IMG/VR virus record: IMGVR_UViG_3300036790_000811
Span: 12,490-76,489 of that record
Length of the DNA stretch: 64,000 nt
DNA from: a virus
Direction: 5' to 3' (one strand)
Shown piece by piece: positions 39,337 through 50,722 of the stretch. The notes under the pieces are model-generated. The model did not search any database and was not told where the DNA came from. It saw only the letters and a list, made by a program, of their open reading frames with translations. The number at the start of each line of letters is the position of its first letter. The first letter of the stretch is position 1. A program made the translations under genes and the position numbers.

Positions 39337-42300
39337 ATGGGATTCACCGCAGTCGGGACGATCTTCGATAACGGCAACGGGAATTCCACCTTTTCTGTTA
39401 GCCCGCAGGCCGTCGGGGACATCCTGCTCGTTGAGATCATCGTCTCCGGTTCCAGCAGCATCACCGTCACCGCTCTGCTTGGCGGCGGGGTGACCACGTG
39501 GACCAAGATCGCCTCCTATGCCGGGACGAGTAACGCCGCGACCGGCTCGGTATGGATGGGAACCGTCACCACGACGGGATCCGCCGTCGGGATCCCGACT
39601 TTCTCCGGGGGCACGTCCGGAGACTTCCTGGAAATGGCCGGACAGGAGTACTCCTCCACCACCGGGGCGATGTTCGCTCAGGCAGCCTACCTGGACACCA
39701 GTTTCACCGGAAACATGCCGTCGCTCACCCCGTCCGGGGCGGGACAGATGTATTTCTGCTTCGCCTCCGACAACGGGATCGCCTCGCCGGGAAGCACGAC
39801 GGGATACGTCTATCAGCTGGACGCCACCGGGAACGGGCTCGCCTACAACCAGAACTGCACGTCCGGGGTCAGTACCCATCCGGTCTGGACGGACGGCAAC
39901 CTTTCTTTCGGGATTGCCGTTCTCATTTCCGGATCGGGATCGGGATCCAACACCGCCACGGGGTCTTTGACGATCACCCCGCAGATGAACGCCCAGGCGG
40001 CACCGGGAGGCAGCGCCCAGGCCGCTCTTACCGTTACTCCCGGGTTTCTTGCCGTCGCTTCCGGTGGTTCGGGAGCCCTCAGTATCGCCCAGATCGTCCC
40101 GGGCAACGTCATCAACGACTACGGGCTGGACAATGTCCCGTTCACGGTGAACACGCCCGGCACCGGCACGATGCTCGCCGCCTTTATCGGGTGGAATGCC
40201 GCCGCCTCCACGGCACAGTCGTCCGGTAAGGCACCCGCCGTCAACGTCACGGACTCGGCCGGCAACCTGTGGCGGCAGGCGGGCATCACCGCCGTTGATC
40301 CGCTTGCCCGCTGCGCCCTCTGGGTGGCCGACAATCCCCGGCAGACCGAATGGGTATCGGTTGCCCTTACCGGATGGGGATACTCAACCGCGTACACGAT
40401 CGTGGAACTGGACGGCGTCCCGAGTTCACTGGGGCAGATCTCCCTGGACTTCGTCTCCCCCGTCACGACCGACACCCCGGTCACGACCCTGACGATTCCC
40501 TCCCAGACGGCCTCCACGTCCGACCTGGTGCTCGGGGTGGTCACCACGGGAGGACCGGGAGGCCCCCTGACCGTCCCCACGGGATGGACGGGCATCCAGG
40601 CGGTCGGCGGGGCGACGTCCGGGGACGTGACGACGTATTCGGTGTACCGGCAGAGCTCGGCCGGCGCGGTGACGCTGGCACCCTCCTGGGCTAACTCCGT
40701 CCCGGCGTCGGGCGTCATGGCGGGAATCAGGATCACCTCGGCGGCTCCTGTCCAGCCGAACCCGAACTTTCCCGCCATCCGGGTGGAGGCGGCTTTCGGG
40801 GCGACCCCGGGCGACTGGACCCAGTCCGTGGACTACACCTATGACATCGGCGGCCTGGCCTGGACCGACATCAGCCAGTACACGACCGACGAAGAAGGCC
40901 AGTCCACCATCAGCGTCAAGCGGGGACGGCAGTACGAACTGAGCCAGGAAGAAACCGGGACGCTTGAGGTCCAGCTGGACAACCACACCGGGATCTTCAC
41001 CTACTCCAACACCGCCAGTACCTTCTATCCCAACGTGATCCCGGGTACCCCGCTGCGCGTGACGGCCTGGTTCGGCGGGGTGCAGTACCCGGTGGGATTC
41101 GGGTACGCGGAGAAGTGGCCGCAGGAGTGGCCGAAGATGCCCCAGTGGGGTTTCTCCCGGGTCACCGCGACCGATGCCTACGGCCCGCTGGCCGCCTGTA
41201 ATCTCTTCTCGGCGGTCATTTCCGAGATCCGCAAGGACTCCCCGTACGCCTACTTCCCGACGACGGAACAGTACGAGTTCACCACCCAGTCCCTGGATCC
41301 GGTCCAGGCTCCCCTGGACGCCAACGGCCTGATCGCGGCCAACTATGCCTTCGGGAACAACCGTTTCGGGGCCTACCGGGACGGCTACGACCAGCCCGTG
41401 ACTGTCGGTCAGGCGCTGAACCTGATGGGGGACCAGAACACCACCCTCGGGGCCACGACCTACACCGGCCAGGAGGTCAACGACAACGGGCCGGGGATGT
41501 TCTACTTCGACAACGGCATCCCGACGAACGCCAGCGGGAAATCCTTCGCCGTCGAGTTCTGGTTCGCCTGGGGCAACACCTCCAGTTTCGCCTGCACGAT
41601 GCTGTCCGCGTGGGCATCCCCCAGCAGCTTCTTCACCGTCGCCACGAGTACGACTCCCCCTTCCGCCGGAGGCGTTCTCACGGTCGGCATCAACACTCCC
41701 GCCGAGGGCAACACCCTGGAGGCGGGATTCTTCGTCAACGGCACGGAGATCTCCGGGGGGACGTTCAACCAGGACACGTACGCTCCGCAGCACTTCGTTC
41801 TCAACGTGGCCGGCACGAACGTCACCGCCTACCTCAACGGGGTGCAGCAGCCGAACACTCCCTCGGTGGCGACGATCCCCATGATCCGGGCGTTCGCCCT
41901 GGGGCCGGCGAGATTCTCTTACGATGTTTCCGGCATGGTCGTCTACAACGGCTACAACTACATATCCGGCCACGCGGCCTGGTACTCGCACGCCCTCAAT
42001 CCGACGGTGATCTCCAACCACTACGAGTCGGGTGCCACCGGTTTCGTCGGAGACCCGGCACCGGGACGGTTCGCCCAGGTCCTGACGTGGGGAGGGCTGG
42101 GCCTCAAGCGCGGCGGAACCGCCTGGTACAACACGTACGGCAATTATGAGGGCACGTTCATGTCCGAGGCGTACGACTACGACGGATCCTCGGCCGCCGA
42201 CATCATGAGCCAGATCACCCAGTCCGAGGGCGGCCGGTGCTACATCCAGGCCAACGGCAGCATTGTCTACGCCTACCGCTGGAGCCTGTATGACCAGCCG

Positions 42301-42858
42301 GTCGTGGCCCAGTTCGGGGACCAGCCGGGACAGCTGCCGTTCGAGAACGACACCAGCTTCGCGGTAGACAACCAGTTCATCTTCAACGTGGTCAACGCGA
42401 CCCAGCAGCGCGGTCCTAACCAGGACCTGTTCATCCAGGAAAACAATTTCCAGAGCCAGAACCAGTTCTTCATGCGCTCCGGGATCAGCTACCAGTCGTA
42501 CGCGATGCTGCCGTTCGACGTCAGCGACCTGGTGAACTGGTCGGTCGCCAAGTACCAGGAACCCCACGACCGGGTGGTCCAGGTCACCATTGACGTGGCC
42601 GGGGTCCAGGCGTCCAACTCGGCATTGTTCCCGACCATTCTCTCACTGGAGCTGAATCAGACGATCACGGTGACGAGAACCCCGATCGGGGGCAGCCAGA
42701 TATCCCTGACCGGGGTTATCCAGCAGATATCGCACGAATTCGGGGCCGCGAGCTGGAAGACCACCCTCGAAGTGACTCCTTTGATCCCGGAAGCCAATGC
42801 CCTGATCGCGGATAATACAGGTAATGACACTCCGGGATCGAGCTTTTTGGCGTGGTAG
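39337..42858 (+). CDS. Minor tail protein (hub/baseplate-like, with lectin-like domains)
   Basis: WTDIS…KRGRQYEL…LDN.TG.F; LamG-like AVEFWF; position after the tape measure gene. Confidence 0.85.
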   Translation: MGFTAVGTIFDNGNGNSTFSVSPQAVGDILLVEIIVSGSSSITVTALLGGGVTTWTKIASYAGTSNAATGSVWMGTVTTTGSAVGIPTFSGGTSGDFLEMAGQEYSSTTGAMFAQAAYLDTSFTGNMPSLTPSGAGQMYFCFASDNGIASPGSTTGYVYQLDATGNGLAYNQNCTSGVSTHPVWTDGNLSFGIAVLISGSGSGSNTATGSLTITPQMNAQAAPGGSAQAALTVTPGFLAVASGGSGALSIAQIVPGNVINDYGLDNVPFTVNTPGTGTMLAAFIGWNAAASTAQSSGKAPAVNVTDSAGNLWRQAGITAVDPLARCALWVADNPRQTEWVSVALTGWGYSTAYTIVELDGVPSSLGQISLDFVSPVTTDTPVTTLTIPSQTASTSDLVLGVVTTGGPGGPLTVPTGWTGIQAVGGATSGDVTTYSVYRQSSAGAVTLAPSWANSVPASGVMAGIRITSAAPVQPNPNFPAIRVEAAFGATPGDWTQSVDYTYDIGGLAWTDISQYTTDEEGQSTISVKRGRQYELSQEETGTLEVQLDNHTGIFTYSNTASTFYPNVIPGTPLRVTAWFGGVQYPVGFGYAEKWPQEWPKMPQWGFSRVTATDAYGPLAACNLFSAVISEIRKDSPYAYFPTTEQYEFTTQSLDPVQAPLDANGLIAANYAFGNNRFGAYRDGYDQPVTVGQALNLMGDQNTTLGATTYTGQEVNDNGPGMFYFDNGIPTNASGKSFAVEFWFAWGNTSSFACTMLSAWASPSSFFTVATSTTPPSAGGVLTVGINTPAEGNTLEAGFFVNGTEISGGTFNQDTYAPQHFVLNVAGTNVTAYLNGVQQPNTPSVATIPMIRAFALGPARFSYDVSGMVVYNGYNYISGHAAWYSHALNPTVISNHYESGATGFVGDPAPGRFAQVLTWGGLGLKRGGTAWYNTYGNYEGTFMSEAYDYDGSSAADIMSQITQSEGGRCYIQANGSIVYAYRWSLYDQPVVAQFGDQPGQLPFENDTSFAVDNQFIFNVVNATQQRGPNQDLFIQENNFQSQNQFFMRSGISYQSYAMLPFDVSDLVNWSVAKYQEPHDRVVQVTIDVAGVQASNSALFPTILSLELNQTITVTRTPIGGSQISLTGVIQQISHEFGAASWKTTLEVTPLIPEANALIADNTGNDTPGSSFLAW

Positions 42859-43529
42859 CGCATCTTGGAGTAGTGCGGATAGCAGAGACCCTTGCCATAG
42901 TGCGCCTTTTCGCAACCCGGTTCCGTGCAACGGCGGGCGTTGGGATTGTTTTTCTGGTTGCGATTGTAGTGGTTCTTGCACAAACCCCTGGCGTACGCCG
43001 CTTTCTCGCACTCAGGTTCTTCGCAGCGAGGAGAATCCGGGTTGGATAGTTTCTCTTCTATGTAATCCCGGTGCCGCTCTCGGCGACACTTTCGACATAC
43101 TCGATCACCCTTTTGGCCTATATACGTATTGTCGCTTGTATATGGATGACCCCGAGGACATTCAATTATGTTCTTGCGGATTCCATGTTGAATGTCATCG
43201 AGAAGGTTCTCTTTGTAGGTTCCGTATGCAAGATTGGAAAGTCTGTTATCGGCAGGATTTCCGTTGAGATGCCGAGAAACGATGCTTTTAGGTTTAGGAC
43301 CCACAAAGGCATCCAGGACGATGCGGTGCACGAGTCTGACTATTCCCCTTCCGTTTCGGTGAAGGGTAACTCGGAGATGACCGCTCGGATTCGGAGTCGG
43401 CCTAAGATAGGGCCAGTCTGTACCGCGAGGACCCTTGCGGTAGACGAGACGTTTCACGCGTCCGTAGTCTGATACTGCATAAAACTCTTCATAGTCCACC
43501 ACTGGAAGCCAGCGCTCCTGATCCGCCAT
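42657..43529 (-). mobile_element. NUMOD4-HNH homing endonuclease (antisense); start refined to ATG 43529
   Basis: ERWLPVVDYEEFYAVSDYG; RHLNGNPADNRLSNLAYGT; leaderless TACACT -10 box. Confidence 0.9.
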
Positions 43530-43562
43530 GGACTGGAGTGTAACACAAGGAGGTGATGTTAG

Positions 43563-45832
43563 GTGCCAATCTCCCCTTCCAGCTATGCGACGAACACTCC
43601 CATAACTGCGCACCAGCTTTTAACCAGGATTTTTACAGCATAGATGGCAGTGCATTCAATGCCACGGGAACAAGCTTTCACGCTAACCGCCCCCTGCTGG
43701 TAGAGACTTTCATCAAGGCGGGAGCGCAGGCTACCGCCCCTACGGGGGGAGCACCCAGCTTCCTCGGCGGGGTGAACGGGGACGCCATCTCGGTGATCGA
43801 CAACGCTGCCCTGTACGGGACCGGCGCGGACGGGGTCGGCAACGAGGCGAGATTCAACTCCGGCGGGGCTGTTGCTCCCGGCTCGGCGGGGATCTCGGGC
43901 CAGTACGGCGGCTGGAACCTCATGTTCGCGTTCGTCCCGATCTCCAAGTTCCCGGTCGCCGGGGGCATGTACGGCGTGGAGTGGAACGACTCCGCCATCA
44001 CCGGCAATCCTCCGGCTGACATCGGCTGCATGCAGCCCGCCAGCACGGTCTACAACAACGCCGGCTTCGCCTGCGACATGGTCGAGCTCGTCCCCCCGCT
44101 CTACAGCGCGGACTGGGGTCCGTCGGTCTACGCACTGAGCCCGACCGCTACCAGGATCCCGCTGGTGGTCAACACCGTCACGACGGTAGGCCAGACCCCG
44201 CGCTTCACCCAGATCTGGACCGGCGTCCTGAACGGCTACGGCACGCCGGTAAGCACGGTGCCGTCCCCGATGACGGTGATCACCGGGCTGACGACACTCA
44301 GCAGCTCGGCACTGAACGCCACGATCAACCAGAGCCTGAACCTGCTCAACTACCCCCCGATGCTGGACGTGACGGTCCAGTCCACGGCGCCGATCAACGC
44401 CAGCTCCGTGACGACCGTGCCGTTCAGCAACACCCCGGTTGAAGACAACTACAGCGGCTACAACGTCTCTGCCCGCACCTACACGGTGCCGTTGTCCGGA
44501 CTGTACTTCATGCACGCGAACCTGATCTACAGCCCGGCCTTTACCGTGGGAACGGCGATCGCCGGGTTCGACGTCAACGGGGCCATCCGGTGGGGAGGGG
44601 CCTACGCGGCGACCCCGAGTGCCAACCAGAACACCGGGGCCTCGGTCACCAAGCTGTTCGACCTGAACGCCGGGGACACTGTCCAGGTCATCACCGCCAC
44701 CAGCGTGGCGGCAGCCTTCGGCAGCGCGAACTACAGCCACTTCATCATGAACTGGATGGGCGCGCTCAACAGCAGCACCCAGCACTGGAAGCCGCCGAAC
44801 GTCACGGGCTTCCAGTTCACCGCCGGGATGCCCCCCGAGTCGGTCACGAACATCGTCCAGAACTCCTACTTCACGGCCGGGACGAGCAAGTGGAGCGGCT
44901 TCAACGGGTCGTTCACCGTGACCTCAAGCCCGGCCGCCGGGGCACCGTATCCCAATGCCGGCGTCTACGTGAACAACGGGTCGGCGTCCGGGGCGATGGA
45001 AGGCGGGGGGACATTCCAGGTCGATCCCACCGAAGTGGTCTACCTGGACGCGTGGACCTGGACCTCGGGAACGGTAATCCAGGCCGGGTTCGACTTCCTG
45101 AACAGCGGGACCTACGTCACGTCGGTGCTGTCCAACTTCACCGTGCCGACCCAGACGTGGAAGCTGGTCAGCCTGCCCGTTACCGCCCCCTCGTCGGCCA
45201 TCAACAGCGCCTACGCCCGGGTGGGAACCCCGTCCGGGAGCGGTGCCACGATCCAGACGCAGGCGATCCTGGCAGGCTTCCAGAGACCTCTCGCGCCCCA
45301 GCTGAACGAGAAGATCGCCAACGACCTCAACTTCCTCATCAACCGCCCGTACCTGATGGCCCGCCAGACGACGGCAACCTCAGGGACGGTGAATACCGCC
45401 ATCACGGTGCCGATGCAGACCGCGACGGGACTGATCCACAGCACCTTCGGGGACAACTACGGCGGCTGGAACGGCACCGCCTACACCGCCCAGGTTCCGG
45501 GCTGGTACCTGGCGGTCGAGGAAATCGGCGCGGCCACCCGCTCGACGGCGAATTCCGGCGACAGCCTGACGGCGGGCTTCTCGGTCCCCACTAGCGGCGG
45601 GGTAAACGCTCCCACGACCCCCCAGGCGATGCCGGACTGGTACCAGCAGATCCAGGTGGCCGGGAGCTGGACTTATCCCACGGCGGCGACGGCGATCGGC
45701 GCCTACTACCTCAACACCGGGGAATCCATCTCCCCCAGTGCGCGGTACCAGTCGGGCACGGCGACCAGCTGGACGACGGACACCTCGCACAGCTTCAATG
45801 GGCAGTTCAGCCTCATCTATTTGAGTTCGTAG
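43563..45832 (+). CDS. Minor tail protein; probable true start GTG 43563 with a frame change at CTT-TTA-AC (43617-43624)
   Basis: AAGGAGGTGA SD correctly spaced to GTG 43563; MPISPSSYATNTPITAHQL joins NQDFYSIDG in the long frame. Confidence 0.8.
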
Positions 45833-46391
45833 AGTTACCATGTCGTCGCTTTTGCATCCTTATCCTATGGCATTCGCGACATGTACGTCCTTTTTTCTCT
45901 CCGACTCGAATATAAGTATTTTCCTCGGTAAATTCATGATCTTTCAGGCAGTGAGTTTTTTGACTATTCTTCGCGGAGACGCTGTAGCTGCGAAGAGTGT
46001 TTACTCTCGATGTAACCGCTTCCAAGTGATTCGGATTGACACAGAGGCGCACTCGACACAAATGATCAATCTGTAGTTGATTGTGAATCGGACCGTAGGC
46101 TATAAGAAAACTGAGCCTATGAGCACCGCGTGTTACGTTACGACTTATAGAAAATACTCCGTATCCATCTTTTCCCACAGTTCCATTCCATATCCAGCAA
46201 GGCCCTAGGTCGGGACGATATTCTGGAACTGGACCTTCTTTATTCACTTTAGAGAAAAATCGATCTATCTTTGATCGTGCATAAAAGTTAACGCTTGAAT
46301 CTCCATACTTTACCCATCGCTGGTAATGCTTAGAACAGTAACCATAACCGTGGATCGGTGCAGTACATCCGCCATCATCGCCAAGGCACAT
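45813..46391 (-). mobile_element. HNH homing endonuclease (antisense)
   Basis: CWIWNG…DGYG…IDHLCRVRLCVNPNHLE; leaderless TATACT -10 box. Confidence 0.92.
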
Positions 46392-46420
46392 GGCGAGAAG
46401 TATAGAGCAGGAGGTGCGCC

Positions 46421-48745
46421 TTGAGCTTGTCGCCTGACGATCCGTATGCTGCCGCCACCAGCGCGGTGCCTACGAGTACCACCAACCAGATCCCCGGCAA
46501 CATGGTGGGCAACAACTCCAACACCATTAACACCGCCGAGATCAACCTGGGCACGGGCGGCAACGGGGCCATCTACGGCTACACCGGAAGTCCCTCCACG
46601 GCGAACCTCTATTTCTCGCTGGCTCCCGCCGCCGGAACTGACACCTACGGCAACACCTACCCGGCCGGCATCAACGTGCTGGCGGGATCGATCGCGGGCG
46701 CCTCCATGACCGGGGTTTCCCTTGACTCCACCTCGGTCCTGAACTCCAGCTCCGTGCTCACCCCGAGTGTCGTCTCGCCGTCGATTTCCGGGGGTACCGC
46801 CGCTTCCCTCGTCCATACGATGACCAACAGCTCGGGTGCGGTCCTGGGATATACCTCAGGATCAACCTCCCAGACCTGGTCCACGGCCGGAACCTACTCC
46901 TTCACCGTTCCCACGTCCGTCTCCACCATGCGGGTACAGGGCTGGGGAGCGGCAGCCGGCGGCGGGGGGGGCGGTGCCACCAATGAAGGCGGGGAGTCCG
47001 GAGGCGGCGGCGAGTATGCCGAGGAGCCGTCCCTGTCGGTGAATCCCGGGGACGTCTACACGATCTTCATCGGGGGCGGAGGCCAGGGCGGTTTCAACTT
47101 CCAGGGCGGCGGCCAGGGGGGTACCACGATCGTCACCCCCCCCAGCACCAGCATCAACCCTCCCGTGGTAGCCAACGGCGCCGGGGCGACCGCGAACTAC
47201 CAGGGCGGCAACGGGGGAACCGGCTCCTTCAACACCATCCACTACGACGGCGGCGACGGCGCGGACGCGGCCCACGGCGGCGGCGGGGCCGGCGGCGGCA
47301 GCTCGGCCGGGCCGTCCGGCGAGGGCAATCAGGGCTCGGAATGCGCCGGGGGCAATGGCGGAACGGGCGCAGCCCCCCCGTCCGGCGGCGGGGCAGGCGG
47401 GGCAGGCGGCAACACCGGCCTGTCCGGCGTCTCCGGTTCCTCCCCGGGCGGGGGAGGCGGCGGCGCGGGCTATATCGTCACCGGCACGACGACCGGCAGC
47501 TACAGTTACGCTCCCTCGGGCACCTACTCCTACTGGGGCAACAACGGGGCCTTCCGCTGCACGACCCCGCTTTACCAGGGACTCCAGCCCAATAACACGC
47601 ACGGTCAGTACCAGTTCTCCTACGTCCTGTTCCCGTATGCCGCCATGCAGTCCGAGCTGGCGGGCAAGGTCATCACCCGGGTAGCGCTGGAACTCAACGC
47701 CCTGCACTCCACCAACGGCTCGACTGTCCTGATCCAGCTTCAGCTCTCCAGCCAGGCGAGCTTCAGCTCGTTTGCCTCCCCCACCAGCGGGGGCACCATC
47801 CGGAACTGGGATGACGTCTGGATTTCCCTGGGGAAGATCACCCATGTCTTCTCCAGCACCGCCACGATCGGGGCGCTGATCCAGGACGGCGGCTTCAAGT
47901 CGCTGCTGATCGGCCCCGGGTCCAACTGGGGCGCTACCCAGACATGGGGGTACTTCGAGACCCCCACGCTGGTGGTCAGCTACGGCAACAGTGCCACCCA
48001 GGCAGGCAACGGCGGGGACGGTCAGGTCACTATTACCTACGGCACCGGGACTCCCTCCTACACCCTCGGCATCAGCTCCGTTTCCTCCACCGATCCCTAC
48101 GGCAATCCCGTCCAGGCCGGAGTCACCAGCGGTCAGGTCACCGTCATCGGCTCCAGCACCACTCCCACCTCGGTAGCCGATTCCAGCGTGGTCAGCGCGA
48201 ACGAGGGCGGCAATCTCGCCGTCACGAACTCCTCGGGCTTCTCGGGGTATGTCCCGCTTACCCTGACCGATACCGCGACCTATACGGGAACCGGCACGAC
48301 ACCTGCCATGGTTACCGCCGGATGGGTTATTCCCGCCGGGGACGCGAGCGAGGGCAGTGTCTATGAGGTGGAGGTCCCGTTTGCCGGCACCTATCTCAAT
48401 ACCATTACCACCCAGGTCTGGCTGAATGGCGCGAATGTCGCAGGCGATAATGCCGTCGGCCTTCTGTCAACGACGCAGCTTACGACGGGGTGGGTGAAAG
48501 GCTGGGTCATGGTCACCGGCACCGGGGCGACGGGCAGCTGTACCGCCATGATCGAGGGCAGCGTCGGCCTTGACGGCGCAAGGACCGGCACCAATGCCGC
48601 CCCCCTCACCGGGGTCGGACCGAATAAGGCATTCAATACCACCATTCCTAATACCGTCGGGATTGCCATCGCCAACGGTGCCGGCGGAGGCAATACCTCT
48701 TCAACGACAGGATACGGAAGCATCTTCACCCGCAAGGGACCCTAG
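46421..48745 (+). CDS. Glycine-rich tail fibre/minor tail protein
   Basis: AGGAGGTG SD with TTG start; GGGGG-rich domain. Confidence 0.85.
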   Translation: MSLSPDDPYAAATSAVPTSTTNQIPGNMVGNNSNTINTAEINLGTGGNGAIYGYTGSPSTANLYFSLAPAAGTDTYGNTYPAGINVLAGSIAGASMTGVSLDSTSVLNSSSVLTPSVVSPSISGGTAASLVHTMTNSSGAVLGYTSGSTSQTWSTAGTYSFTVPTSVSTMRVQGWGAAAGGGGGGATNEGGESGGGGEYAEEPSLSVNPGDVYTIFIGGGGQGGFNFQGGGQGGTTIVTPPSTSINPPVVANGAGATANYQGGNGGTGSFNTIHYDGGDGADAAHGGGGAGGGSSAGPSGEGNQGSECAGGNGGTGAAPPSGGGAGGAGGNTGLSGVSGSSPGGGGGGAGYIVTGTTTGSYSYAPSGTYSYWGNNGAFRCTTPLYQGLQPNNTHGQYQFSYVLFPYAAMQSELAGKVITRVALELNALHSTNGSTVLIQLQLSSQASFSSFASPTSGGTIRNWDDVWISLGKITHVFSSTATIGALIQDGGFKSLLIGPGSNWGATQTWGYFETPTLVVSYGNSATQAGNGGDGQVTITYGTGTPSYTLGISSVSSTDPYGNPVQAGVTSGQVTVIGSSTTPTSVADSSVVSANEGGNLAVTNSSGFSGYVPLTLTDTATYTGTGTTPAMVTAGWVIPAGDASEGSVYEVEVPFAGTYLNTITTQVWLNGANVAGDNAVGLLSTTQLTTGWVKGWVMVTGTGATGSCTAMIEGSVGLDGARTGTNAAPLTGVGPNKAFNTTIPNTVGIAIANGAGGGNTSSTTGYGSIFTRKGP

Positions 48746-48759
48746 CAAAGGAGAATATA

Positions 48760-49206
48760 ATGTCCAATCACTTCCCTGAGACTCCATCGTCTTTCAGTCT
48801 TTCCTCTATCACCTATTACGCCGCTATCGGCGGTCACCTGACGACCTCTCCCCTTAACGGGCAAGGCGGCGCTATAGTGCCAGTTTCCGGCTCTCCTCTT
48901 TATTTTGACGAGGAGTATGCCAGTTCCTATGTCTTCGAAAATCAGCTCCAGGATCCCGGCCCCAATCCAAGTCTCATTATCCAGTTTCCCACTCCAGGTG
49001 AAACTGGATCTTTCGATCAGGATGCCGTGGAAAGTGCTTTCACGGATGCCATTACGGCCTACTGTCAGGCCATTTCAGATCTCGGAGCCGGAACTTTGTC
49101 ACAAATACAGGAAACAGTGGGCACGCAACGAATCTGGACTTGGACGGACAGCACGAGCACGTTCACCCTCACGTATTCCAACAGCCTTACTTATCCGCCA
49201 GCGTAA
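48760..49206 (+). CDS. Hypothetical (tail-associated) protein
   Basis: AAGGAG RBS. Confidence 0.75.
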   Translation: MSNHFPETPSSFSLSSITYYAAIGGHLTTSPLNGQGGAIVPVSGSPLYFDEEYASSYVFENQLQDPGPNPSLIIQFPTPGETGSFDQDAVESAFTDAITAYCQAISDLGAGTLSQIQETVGTQRIWTWTDSTSTFTLTYSNSLTYPPA

Positions 49207-49220
49207 GAGGAGAAAAGGAA

Positions 49221-49544
49221 ATGACTGTAGGGGCACAGGCAACCAGCGGCACTATTGACAACACGCTTACCACCCTGTCTCTCAGCCTCCGGGACCTGAT
49301 GGATCAGATCAACAACCTGTGGACGTTTGTCGGGAACGGCGCCGAGGGTACTCCCGCAACCGTTCTGGCGAGTGTCGGCTATGACGGCACCAACACCGAT
49401 GCCCCGGGGGATCAGAGCGACGCTTCCTATGCGGCGTATCTCATCACCATGATGAACACCCTGGCCCAGATCTACTACGGCCAGACGGCTCCTACCGTCT
49501 ATAACTACGAGGGTGCACTCGCCCCCCTCTGGGCCGGAAGATGA
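49221..49544 (+). CDS. Hypothetical protein
   Basis: Start refined to MTVGAQ after an AAGGA RBS. Confidence 0.75.
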   Translation: MTVGAQATSGTIDNTLTTLSLSLRDLMDQINNLWTFVGNGAEGTPATVLASVGYDGTNTDAPGDQSDASYAAYLITMMNTLAQIYYGQTAPTVYNYEGALAPLWAGR

Positions 49545-49667
49545 GTTACGGAGTTATTTTCTCCGGAAACTATTAACACCTACAATTAAATAACGGTTCT
49601 ACAGTCACTCCGGAGGGTCACCCATGCACCAGCACGACATCACGACGGCTGTCCTCCGGAGCCGGGC

Positions 49668-50246
49668 GTGATATGGATCTCGGTCGCTTCCACCATTGCC
49701 GCCCTCGTCGCGGCCACGGTCGCTTACCTCGGGTTCCGCGAGAACCGGGGAGACCGGCAGGCGGAACGCCTGAAAGGCGCCATTGAGACCGCCCTCCAGC
49801 CGCTGGTGCACCGCATTACTTCTGTCGAGCAGCAGAACACTGACGCGGCCCAGCGCCTCCAGGATGTGGTTGAGATCATTATCGGCAAGGCGCTCCAGCC
49901 GATTCAGCAGCAAGTCGTCGTCCTTGAGACCAAAATTGACGTGTTCTGGAAGCAAGTCGCCATGGACGCTGCCAAGATCCTCCACCAGCCCGATCCCCGG
50001 CGCTCGGAAATCGACCGGCTCCTGGAGCTGTTCATGGAAGACGCCCTTGACGCTGACGAAGAACTCCAGTTGCGGAAATTCCTCCTCAAGATCCGGAATT
50101 ATGAGGAAGGAGCGAATATCGGGTTCCCGGTCCAGCCGGGAGAGCAGACGGCAGCCGCCATTCTCCTGCGTACCATGAATCACGCCATTACCCCCCGGCA
50201 TAGCACCGCCGCGCACTTCCAGGGAGATCCCGATGCCGGAAATTGA
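49668..50246 (+). CDS. Membrane-anchored coiled-coil protein (lysis region)
   Basis: N-terminal TM segment. Confidence 0.75.
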   Translation: MIWISVASTIAALVAATVAYLGFRENRGDRQAERLKGAIETALQPLVHRITSVEQQNTDAAQRLQDVVEIIIGKALQPIQQQVVVLETKIDVFWKQVAMDAAKILHQPDPRRSEIDRLLELFMEDALDADEELQLRKFLLKIRNYEEGANIGFPVQPGEQTAAAILLRTMNHAITPRHSTAAHFQGDPDAGN

Positions 50247-50718
50247 TGAATCCGCGATGATCCGTGCCGCCGAGCGGCAGGTGGACAGGCTTACCCGCGC
50301 GGTGACATGGTTCAAGTACTGCCTGATCCTGGTCGGGGTAGTCTGCGCCGGGCTTGCCGTTCTCGCGGTGCTGTTCGGCATCCAGTCGAGCCAGACGCGG
50401 GCCCTGTCCAAGAAAATCCAGCAGGGATCGATTACCTCCTGCCAGGGCGGCAATGCCACCCGGGCGGCCGACACGCAGATCTGGGACAAGTTCGTCGCCC
50501 TGCTGCTCGGCACCAGCTCCAACGCCTCCAAGGACCAGTGGAACGGCTTCCTGTCCTATGTGGCGGTGAACGATCCCGCCCAGGCTCCCGCATGGGATGA
50601 GTTCATGAAGCTGTACCTGACGGTTTCTCCCGCCACTCAGGCCGAGGCGAAGCAGTTCGAGAAGTACGTCGCCCAGATCGACGGCAGCCGCGACTGCATG
50701 AAGCTTTACGGAAAGTGA
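50233..50718 (+). CDS. Membrane protein (lysis region)
   Basis: Single TM segment; SCQGGN…RDC cysteine pair. Confidence 0.75.
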   Translation: MPEIDESAMIRAAERQVDRLTRAVTWFKYCLILVGVVCAGLAVLAVLFGIQSSQTRALSKKIQQGSITSCQGGNATRAADTQIWDKFVALLLGTSSNASKDQWNGFLSYVAVNDPAQAPAWDEFMKLYLTVSPATQAEAKQFEKYVAQIDGSRDCMKLYGK

Positions 50719-50722
50719 GTGT

